Assembly: GCA_050174015.1 (NCBI GenBank)
Contig: JBFXKG010000001.1
Coordinates: forward strand, 192,001-256,000
Direction of reading: 5' to 3'
Source of the DNA: Candidatus Krumholzibacteriia bacterium
GTDB taxonomy: Bacteria > Krumholzibacteriota > Krumholzibacteriia > LZORAL124-64-63
Length of the DNA stretch: 64,000 nucleotides
Shown: positions 1 through 7,880 of the stretch, one piece after another
Layout: each line of letters starts with the position of its first letter
How positions within the stretch are numbered: the stretch's first letter is position 1
Notes under the pieces: model-generated
Told to the model about the DNA's origin: nothing
The model's input: the letters and a program-made list of their open reading frames with translations, nothing else
The model's database searches: none
Position numbers and translations under genes: made by a program

Positions 1-196
1 CCCGGAGGCGAGCAGGGACTCGAGAGATCATTTCCGCTCCTGGGAGGGGGAAGCGTTGCAGATTTCTTCAGGACTGTCAGACTAACATTTGCGTGACATT
101 GCGGTCAAGATATTTTTCTTTTTACTATTAATGCTGACCAGTTGTAACAAAATTCGCCTTTATGGCCTGGTCGTTTTTTGCTTTTTGATTCGAAAT

Positions 197-219
197 GTGT
201 AACATCCCGGGTGTTACAC
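197..219. promoter_or_regulatory. Palindromic operator-like site upstream of ccsBA
   Basis: GTGTAACA-N7-TGTTACAC perfect inverted repeat in an AT-rich intergenic region; extra TGTAACA half-site at 143-149. Confidence 0.5.
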
Positions 220-584
220 TGGCACGGTCGAGGAGGGGGAAAATTTTTCCTGGGGACGAACAAGGGTTTGGACGGTTTTGTTTTCCCTGAGGGCCCCCGC
301 GGAAGGGTTTGCCGATTGCCCGATCCCGATCCTCCGCCCGCCTGACCAAAGGCCAATTGGCTCCCCGGTGAAATAAGGCGTGGCCAGGACTGAGGATGAG
401 AATTAGAGTCAACAGGGGGAGCCCTCCCGGGAGGGTCTCCCCATCGTCAAACGGCTAACAATTATTAGGCGGAGCACCGGTTGGGAATTATATTTTTCCT
501 ACCAAAACACTCGCCTAATTCCGGCCACCCCGCCCCGGGCGTAGCCCGGTCCCGGCGGCCTGGATACCCGCTCTGCAACCCCAG

Positions 585-3500
585 GTGGTAAGCGTGAAGT
601 CATTCTGGAAAAACCCCGTGATCGCCTTGCTTTCTTCACTGAAGCTCAGCGCGGCCCTCATGGCGATCGTGGCCATCGCTTCGGCCAAGGCGACCTTCAT
701 CGAATCCGATTACGGCCGGGAAGCGGCCTACGACCTGGTCTATGCGGCCCGCTGGTTCGAGGGCATCCTGATCCTGCTGACCATCAGCCTGATCCTGCTC
801 TTCTTCAAGCGGTGGCCCTACCGTCAGCGGCAGTGGGGATTCGCCCTGGTCCACATCTCCATGGTCGTGATCCTCGTGGGGGCGGGCATCACCCGCTACT
901 TCGGTTACGAGGGGATCATGGCCATCCGGGAGGGGGAGTCCGTCGATTACATCTACTCGGACAAGGCCCACCTGCAGGCGACCATCGGCCAGGAGACCGG
1001 ATCCTTCCCGGTCCGGCTCTGGAAGCCGGGCGAGAATTCCGTGTGGGGATCGGTCGCCATCGGCGGGGAAACCTATGACCTGGGCGCCACCGGGTACTGG
1101 CCCCGCTATGCGGAGGGCTACCAGGAGGGTCCCGGCGGCGTGCCGGCCCTGGAATTCGCCGTGACCCAGGACGGGGACGTCACCAGCGACACGCTGCCTC
1201 TCGGGCGCAACACGACCATCAACGGGGTGGACGTGCGGTTCCTGACGGGCGACTTCACCGGCGAGATGAGCAATTCCCCGCGGGGCGACCTGCGCCTGCA
1301 CATCGCCGGCGAGACCTGCACCTTCCCCGTGGTCCTGCCGGGCGGCGAACCCTTCCGCTGCGGCGACTACACCTTCGAGGTCCTCGAGTTCACGACCAGC
1401 TTCCGGGTCGGGGCGGACCCGGTCCTGGACGGTCCGATGGTCAATCCCATGGTCAGGATCAGGATCACCGGGCCCGACGGGGCCACCGGGGAGCGGATGC
1501 TGTTCGCCCTACATCCGGACTTCTCCATGGGTCACAGCGGCAATTCGGCCCAGTTCGAGGACCTGGACATGCTGTACCAGGTGAGCATGGGGCTGGAACT
1601 GAGTCCCGGCGGCGAGACCGGCATCAGGGCCCGCGCCTCGTTCCCCCTCCAGACCATGGACATGGAATCGGAGCAGAGGGGCGAGATCCCCGCGGGCCAG
1701 GTGTTCCCCTTGCGGGAATCCATGCTGTACCTCAACGACGGCTCGGACTTCTCGTTCGTCGCGGTGGACATCATGCAGTCGGCGGTGCTCGGGCCGATCC
1801 AGACGGACAATCAGAACGCCCGGCCGGCCGCCCGCATGGTGATCAGGGACGCTCAGGGCAACCAGGCCGAAGCGATCGTCCGCAAGGACACGCCGGGCGA
1901 GGTCGTGGATCTCGGCGGAAAGAGCGTGCGCCTGACCTTCGCCCCGGTGATCGTGCACCTGCCCTACTCCGTCCACCTGGACGACTTCGTGCTGCAGACC
2001 TACCCCGGCAGCGACAACCCCGCCACCTACGAGAGCTACGTCTCCCTGAGCGATCCCGAGAAGGGCATCCAGGGGGAGAAGGTTCACATCTACATGAACT
2101 ACCCCATGATCCACCGCGGCAGCAAGCACTTCCAGTCGTCCTACGATCAGGACCGGAAGGGCACCGTGCTGTCGGTGAACCACGACCCCGGGAAACTCCC
2201 CACCTACATCGGGTATTCCCTCATCTCACTGGGCTTCCTCCTGATCCTGTTCAAGGAGGTCTCGGTGCTGTTGAAGGACCTGATGGCGGTGGACAAGCAT
2301 AAAAGGAAGGAGACCGCCGTGAAGTCCCTCCTCGTCGCCCTGCTGGCCTCCGGCGCCCTCGCCCTGGTAACCCCCTCGGCGTTCGCCCAGGCCCACGACC
2401 CCAACGACGGCCAGGATCACACCGGCCACAACCACGGGCCGGCCACGACCGGCTTCGTGACCCTGTCCGATCCCGCGCGCGAGGCGGCGTCCCGCCTGAT
2501 CATCCAGGACTTCCGCGGCCGCATGAAGCCCCTGGACACCCTGGCCCGCGAGACGGTGATGAAGGTCGCCAAGCGGTCCAAGTACGAGGGGCGCGAGCCC
2601 GTGGATCAGTACCTGAGCTGGTCGCTGAACCCCAACTTCTGGTGGGACAAACCGCTGATCGGCGTGCGGTACCCCGGGGTCAAGGACGTGCTCGGCGTGG
2701 ACCACTCGGTGAAGAACGTCTCGGCCGCCAGCCTCTTCGACTCCCAGGGCCGGTACAAGCTGGCCGCCCTGGTCGAGGAGGCCCACCGCACCTCCGACCG
2801 TGAACGGACCAAGACCCAGCGCAAGCTGATCAGCTTCGACGAGCGCTTCCAGATCCTCTACATGACCTTCCAGGGGACGATGCTCAAGCTCTTCCCCATC
2901 CCCGGCGATCCGAACCACAAGTGGGAGACCTTCGCCAAGGTCGAATCCCGGCTCGACCCCGAGCAGGCGCAGGCCTACTCCGCCGCCTACAACGCCCTGG
3001 CCGGAGGGGTCCAGTCGGGCGACAACGGGATGATCAGCGACGCGGTCGCCAGGATCCACGACCTCCAGGCCCGCTTCGGCGCCGAGGTCGTTCCCTCGCG
3101 GATGCGGATCGATTCCGAGCTGACCTACAACCGATCGCACCTCTTCTCGTGGATGATGGTGCCCTTGCTGGGCGCATCGTTCGTGCTGATGGTGGTCTTC
3201 TTCTGGCGCCTGTTCCGGGGCAGCACCCTGCAGGCCAGTTTCCGCAACCCGTTCTACAGCCTGGGCATGGCTCTTTATACCTTCGCCTTCGCGGGGATGA
3301 TCTACGCCTACGTCCTGCGCTGGATCGCTTCCGGCCGGGCGCCCCTGAGCAACGGCCACGAATCGCTGCTGTTCATCAGCTTGGCCGCCGCCCTGGCCGG
3401 GCTGCTCTGCGAGTTCGCCTTCCGGCTGGCCGCTCCCGGCAGCCTGGGCTCCCTGCTGACCGTCGTGATCCTGGGCGTGTCGATGCTCTCCACCTTCGAT

Positions 3501-4088
3501 CCGGCCATCGGCCCGCTGGTGCCCGTGCTGGTGTCGTACTGGCTGAACATCCACGTGACGATCATCACGGCCAGCTACGGATTCCTGGGGCTTTCCGCGC
3601 TGCTCGGGGCTCTGGTGCTGATCCTGATCATGTTCAAGTCGGCGAAGAAGGAGAACCTCCACGAGGCCGTGAAGATCCTCGACAGGATCAACCGCTTCGT
3701 GCTGGTGGCGGGTCTGGGTCTGCTGACGGTCGGCACCCTGCTGGGCGGCGTCTGGGCCAACGAGTCCTGGGGCCGTTACTGGGGATGGGACGCCAAGGAG
3801 ACCTGGTCGCTGATCACCATCCTGGTCTATGCGGTGGTGCTGCACTTCCGCTGGATTCCCGCCATGCGGTCCGTCTGGCTCAACAGCGCCGGCAGCCTGG
3901 CGGCGGTCAGTTCCGTCGTGATGACCTACTTCGGGGTGAACTACTTCCTGTCGGGCCTGCACAGCTACGCCCAGGGGGATGCCGCCAAGGTTCCGGATTG
4001 GGTCTACATCTTCGCCGCGGTGATCATCGCCATGATCGCCCTCTCGGGCTACATCAACAAGAGCCGGCCCTGGGGCGCCAAGGCCTGA
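585..4088 (+). CDS. ccsBA: System II cytochrome c biogenesis protein, fused CcsB-CcsA (ResB-ResC)
   Basis: ResB-like N-terminus (ATFIES..YG, HISM, F..QSSYD.D..GTVLSVNHDPG); C-terminal WWD motif WANESWGRYWGWDAKETW; conserved His in NIH and GLHSYA. Confidence 0.93.
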   Translation: MVSVKSFWKNPVIALLSSLKLSAALMAIVAIASAKATFIESDYGREAAYDLVYAARWFEGILILLTISLILLFFKRWPYRQRQWGFALVHISMVVILVGAGITRYFGYEGIMAIREGESVDYIYSDKAHLQATIGQETGSFPVRLWKPGENSVWGSVAIGGETYDLGATGYWPRYAEGYQEGPGGVPALEFAVTQDGDVTSDTLPLGRNTTINGVDVRFLTGDFTGEMSNSPRGDLRLHIAGETCTFPVVLPGGEPFRCGDYTFEVLEFTTSFRVGADPVLDGPMVNPMVRIRITGPDGATGERMLFALHPDFSMGHSGNSAQFEDLDMLYQVSMGLELSPGGETGIRARASFPLQTMDMESEQRGEIPAGQVFPLRESMLYLNDGSDFSFVAVDIMQSAVLGPIQTDNQNARPAARMVIRDAQGNQAEAIVRKDTPGEVVDLGGKSVRLTFAPVIVHLPYSVHLDDFVLQTYPGSDNPATYESYVSLSDPEKGIQGEKVHIYMNYPMIHRGSKHFQSSYDQDRKGTVLSVNHDPGKLPTYIGYSLISLGFLLILFKEVSVLLKDLMAVDKHKRKETAVKSLLVALLASGALALVTPSAFAQAHDPNDGQDHTGHNHGPATTGFVTLSDPAREAASRLIIQDFRGRMKPLDTLARETVMKVAKRSKYEGREPVDQYLSWSLNPNFWWDKPLIGVRYPGVKDVLGVDHSVKNVSAASLFDSQGRYKLAALVEEAHRTSDRERTKTQRKLISFDERFQILYMTFQGTMLKLFPIPGDPNHKWETFAKVESRLDPEQAQAYSAAYNALAGGVQSGDNGMISDAVARIHDLQARFGAEVVPSRMRIDSELTYNRSHLFSWMMVPLLGASFVLMVVFFWRLFRGSTLQASFRNPFYSLGMALYTFAFAGMIYAYVLRWIASGRAPLSNGHESLLFISLAAALAGLLCEFAFRLAAPGSLGSLLTVVILGVSMLSTFDPAIGPLVPVLVSYWLNIHVTIITASYGFLGLSALLGALVLILIMFKSAKKENLHEAVKILDRINRFVLVAGLGLLTVGTLLGGVWANESWGRYWGWDAKETWSLITILVYAVVLHFRWIPAMRSVWLNSAGSLAAVSSVVMTYFGVNYFLSGLHSYAQGDAAKVPDWVYIFAAVIIAMIALSGYINKSRPWGAKA

Positions 4089-4116
4089 CCCGTTGTCGCG
4101 TGCCAACCTTCGGTCC

Positions 4117-4150
4117 AGAAAGGGGATCCGGCCGGCCGGATCCCCTTTCT
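4117..4150. terminator. Intrinsic terminator-like perfect palindrome
   Basis: AGAAAGGGGATCCGGCC/GGCCGGATCCCCTTTCT just after the ccsBA stop. Confidence 0.7.
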
Positions 4151-4240
4151 CGTCCCCGGCCGGATTGACGCGAGGGCCGATTTGTGGGAAGATGGTTCCG
4201 GATCGAACCTCCGGTCCGGCACCCTTTGCAGTCAGGCCCC

Positions 4241-6322
4241 ATGATGATCCACCCCACCGGATCCCCACGCAGGCCCGCCGCCGTTATTTTTATCGCGGCG
4301 ACTCTCGCCGCACTTCTGGTCCGGGTCCTGTACGTCCTGCAGATGGCCGATCCGGCGCTCAATCCGGCCTTCGTGCGGCCCATCCTGGACGCCGCGGTCA
4401 ACCGGACCTGGGCCCTCGGCCTGCTCGACGGATCCTGGCCCCCCGCCGAGCCATTCTTCCGCGCACCCCTCTACCCCTACTTCCTGGCCGGTCTCTATGC
4501 CGTCTTCGGCCCGGATCGTCCGCTGCCCGTCCAGCTGGCCCACGCCCTGGTGTCCTCCCTGGGCGCGGGCCTGGCCGCCCTGTGCGCCCTGCGGATGTGG
4601 GGGCGGCGCGCCGCCTGGTTCGCGGGCCTGGGATTCGCCTGCCTGTGGCCCAGCATCTTCTTCAGCGGCGAGTTGCTGGACGTGACCCTGGGAGTGACCC
4701 TGAACCTCCTGCTGCTGTGGCTGCTGCTCGACCCGGAGAAGGACTGGAGGCTGGGCGCTGCGGGCCTGGCCTGGGGGCTCTCGGCCGTCTGCCGGCCCTT
4801 GATCCTTGCCGTCGCCCCGGTGGTGGCGGTCTACCTGCTCCGCCGGGGCCTCCGGTGGCGTTCCCGGGGGATGCTGTTTCTCGCGGCGGGCCTGACGGCG
4901 GCCGTCCTGCCGGTCACCGCGCACAATCTCCTGCGCGGCGGCGAACCGGTCCTGATCGCCGCCTCGGGCGGCGTGAACTTCTACATCGGGAACAATCCCG
5001 CCGCCGACGGACGGGTGGCCTTCCTGCCGGGAGCGGAGCCCGACTGGCAAGGCAAACCCCAGGAAGTGGTCGCTTTGGCTGCCGGGGAAGGGGGGCCGGC
5101 CGCGACGATCGTGGCGGCCGACCGGTATTTCCTCGGCAAGGGGATGTCGTACCTGTGGTCCGAGCCGCGCGATGCAGCCGCGCTCTACGCCCGCAAGGCC
5201 TGGCTCCTGCTGGCCGCGGGGGAGCGATCCAACAACAAGAACCTGGCCTTCTGGCGCGATCGGTCGTCCCTGCTGCGGCTGCCCGTGTGGCTGGGGTGGG
5301 CTCCGGTCCTGGCCTTCGCCCTGGTGGGGCTGCTCCGGAACGACCATGACCGGAGCCGGGGCTTCCTGATCCGGGGTCTCCTGGTCGCCTATTCCCTGGC
5401 CTTGCTCCTCTTCTTCATCAACGCCCGTTTCCGGTTGCCCCTCCTGGCGTGGCTCGTGGTCCCGGCAGGGGCCGGCGCCGACAGCATCCTGCGCGCCATC
5501 CGGCTGCCCGCCTGGCGTCCGGGGACGCTCAAGGCCGCGGCGATGGCGGCCGTGGTCCTGCTGGCGGTCTGGGTGCCGGACGGGCTCACCTTCAGGCAGG
5601 AGCCCGGCACGGACTTCGAGAGTTTCCGCATCCTGGGGGACGGTCATCTGGCCGCCGGGAGAGCCGACCTCGCCGAGGAGGCCTACGTCTCCGCCCTCGC
5701 CGCCGACGGCCAATCGCCCGGCCCCGCTGCCGCCTGGTCCCTGCCCGCGGTCTACGGGCGCCTGGGAGGGATCCTGCTCCAGGAAGGCCGGTACCAGAGC
5801 GCCGAAAGCCTGTTCGCCGCCTGGATCAAGCGGTTGCCCGACGACGCCGGCGGCCGCCTGTACCTGGCCGACCTCATGCTCAGGACCGGCCGGCCCGAAC
5901 AGGCCTGGCCCCACCTGGAGGAGATCCTCGCCCGCGATCCCGACAACCTCCAGGCGAGGCTCGGCAGGGGCTGGGCGCGCCTGAGGACCGCCGATGCGCA
6001 GGGGGCCCTGGAGGATTTCCGGGTGGTGGAAAGCCGAACCGACGATCTCGCCGCCACCTTCGGCGCCGGCATGAGCCTCATGGAAATGGGGGCCTGGAGG
6101 GACGCCGAAAGGACGTTCCTGGCCTTGCTGAACCGGGAGCCCGGTTACTGGCAGGCCTACGGCAATCTGGCCGGACTGTACGAGAAGACGGGCCGACCCG
6201 ACGACGCCATCATCGCCTGGGAGAGGCTGCTGGAAGTCAATCCCGCCGACGCCGGGGCGCGAGCCAGGCTCCAGGAACTCCGCAGCGAAATCACCACCAC
6301 GAACTCCTCCGCCCGCAGGTGA
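4241..6322 (+). CDS. GT-C fold membrane glycosyltransferase (ArnT/PMT-like) with C-terminal TPR repeats
   Basis: Multiple TM segments, PLYPYFLA motif, NFYIGNNP loop, RFRLP motif, several TPR-like repeats; start uncertain (4184 or 4241). Confidence 0.8.
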   Translation: MMIHPTGSPRRPAAVIFIAATLAALLVRVLYVLQMADPALNPAFVRPILDAAVNRTWALGLLDGSWPPAEPFFRAPLYPYFLAGLYAVFGPDRPLPVQLAHALVSSLGAGLAALCALRMWGRRAAWFAGLGFACLWPSIFFSGELLDVTLGVTLNLLLLWLLLDPEKDWRLGAAGLAWGLSAVCRPLILAVAPVVAVYLLRRGLRWRSRGMLFLAAGLTAAVLPVTAHNLLRGGEPVLIAASGGVNFYIGNNPAADGRVAFLPGAEPDWQGKPQEVVALAAGEGGPAATIVAADRYFLGKGMSYLWSEPRDAAALYARKAWLLLAAGERSNNKNLAFWRDRSSLLRLPVWLGWAPVLAFALVGLLRNDHDRSRGFLIRGLLVAYSLALLLFFINARFRLPLLAWLVVPAGAGADSILRAIRLPAWRPGTLKAAAMAAVVLLAVWVPDGLTFRQEPGTDFESFRILGDGHLAAGRADLAEEAYVSALAADGQSPGPAAAWSLPAVYGRLGGILLQEGRYQSAESLFAAWIKRLPDDAGGRLYLADLMLRTGRPEQAWPHLEEILARDPDNLQARLGRGWARLRTADAQGALEDFRVVESRTDDLAATFGAGMSLMEMGAWRDAERTFLALLNREPGYWQAYGNLAGLYEKTGRPDDAIIAWERLLEVNPADAGARARLQELRSEITTTNSSARR

Positions 6323-6334
6323 TCCCCTCCGGCA

Positions 6335-7753
6335 TCAACCGCGCGGGGCATGGGCCCGCAGTTCCTCCCACGCCTCTTCCACGTGGATCCGCCGGGTTGC
6401 GGTCTGGCCGATGGCCAGACGCAGGGTGAACCTGCCGTCGAGCACGGTGTGCGTCAAGTAGATGCGGCCGGCCGCGTTGACCGCGTCCATCAGGGCCTTG
6501 TTCCCGGCGTTGAGGGCGTCCGGGTCGAGGGCGCGATCCCGGGGATTCCAGCGGAAACACACCGTGTTCAAGGGCACGGGGGCGAGCAGTTCCCAGTCGG
6601 GATCGTCCCCGATCCAGCCTGCGAACTCGCCGGCCAGCGCGATATGGGCGGCGACCATCTCCCTCAGCTTGCGGGCCCCGAACCGGCGCAGGACGAACCA
6701 GAGCTTTAGGGCGCGGAAGCGGCGCCCGAGCTGGATGCCCCAATCCCGGTAGTTGTGGACCTCGTCGTCGCGGTCGGTCTTGAGGTAATCGGGATTGATG
6801 GTCAGGGTGCGTTCGAGATGCTCCGGGTCCTGCACGAAGAAGGCGGAGCAGTCGAAATTGGTGAACAGCCACTTGTGGGGGTTGAAGACCAGGGAATCGG
6901 CGTGCTCGACGCCCTCCAGGATCCAGCGCATCTGCGGGAGGATGGCCGCGGTGCCGGCCAGGGCGGCGTCCACGTGCAGCCACAGGCCGTGCCGGCGGGC
7001 GATCGGCCCCACGGCGGACAGGGGATCGATCGCGGTGGTGCTGGTGGTCCCCACGGTCGCCACCACGCAGCAGGGCTTCAGGCCCGCGGCCAGGTCGGCC
7101 GTGATCTTGCGGTCCAGGTCGCCGGGATCCATGGCCCTGGCGGCATCGACGGCGACCGGGACGAGGGCCGCCGCCCCGAACCCCGCGATCTTCGCACCCT
7201 TGACCACCGAGGAGTGGGCCTCGCCGCTGCAATAGATGCGCAGGGGGCCGGTTTCGGCGAGCCCGCGGTCGTTGGCTGCGAATCCGGTGGCCCGCTCCCT
7301 GGCGCAGAGCAGGGCGCACAGGGTCGCCGTCGAGGCGGTGTCCTGGATCACGCCCTGGAAGGATTGCGGCAACCCGACCAGGTCGCGCAACCAGACCATC
7401 ATCATCTCCTCGAGTTCGGTCGCCGCGGGGCTGGTCTGCCACAGCATGGCGTTGACGCCGAGCCCGGCGGATAGCAGTTCGCCCAGGATGGACGGGCCGC
7501 TGTTGTTGGCGGGGAAATAGGCGAAGAACCGGGGATGGTTCCAGTGCGTCACCCCCGGCAGGATCCCCTCCTGGAAATCCCTGAAGATCCGGTCCATCGG
7601 CTCGCCCTCCTCGGGCGCCCGAGGCGGGATGAGATCCCTGATCTCCCCCGGTTTGACCCCGGACATGACCGGGAAGCGGTCGGCGTGGTCGAGGTAGTCC
7701 GCGATCCAGTCGATGATCTCGTGGCCCTGCCGGCGGAATTCCTTGCTGTCCAT
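6335..7753 (-). CDS. Group II PLP-dependent aromatic-L-amino-acid decarboxylase family
   Basis: GVTHWNHPRFFAYFP, SPAATELE, HVDAA, NPHKW (PLP lysine), LGRRFRALKLW; start taken at MDSKEFR. Confidence 0.92.
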   Translation of the reverse strand: MDSKEFRRQGHEIIDWIADYLDHADRFPVMSGVKPGEIRDLIPPRAPEEGEPMDRIFRDFQEGILPGVTHWNHPRFFAYFPANNSGPSILGELLSAGLGVNAMLWQTSPAATELEEMMMVWLRDLVGLPQSFQGVIQDTASTATLCALLCARERATGFAANDRGLAETGPLRIYCSGEAHSSVVKGAKIAGFGAAALVPVAVDAARAMDPGDLDRKITADLAAGLKPCCVVATVGTTSTTAIDPLSAVGPIARRHGLWLHVDAALAGTAAILPQMRWILEGVEHADSLVFNPHKWLFTNFDCSAFFVQDPEHLERTLTINPDYLKTDRDDEVHNYRDWGIQLGRRFRALKLWFVLRRFGARKLREMVAAHIALAGEFAGWIGDDPDWELLAPVPLNTVCFRWNPRDRALDPDALNAGNKALMDAVNAAGRIYLTHTVLDGRFTLRLAIGQTATRRIHVEEAWEELRAHAPRG

Positions 7754-7880
7754 GACCTCTCCAGCGTCGGCCCCGGGAGGGCCGGCGGGAACGGGATTGG
7801 GCTCTCGCGATCCGGTCACGAAAAAAACCGGGCCGGCAGATGCTGGCCCGGAATCCCTGCTCTGTCAACCTGCGTCGACT

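Noticed and set aside
220..236. Sigma54 promoter (TGGCAC)
   Set aside because: No TTGC/GC at the -12 position
2226..4268. Long antisense and alternate-frame ORFs here and throughout (e.g. 15455-18475, 32166-34925, 41218-44517, 60072-62372)
   Set aside because: Shadow ORFs typical of high-GC DNA; they overlap well-supported genes and have no motifs
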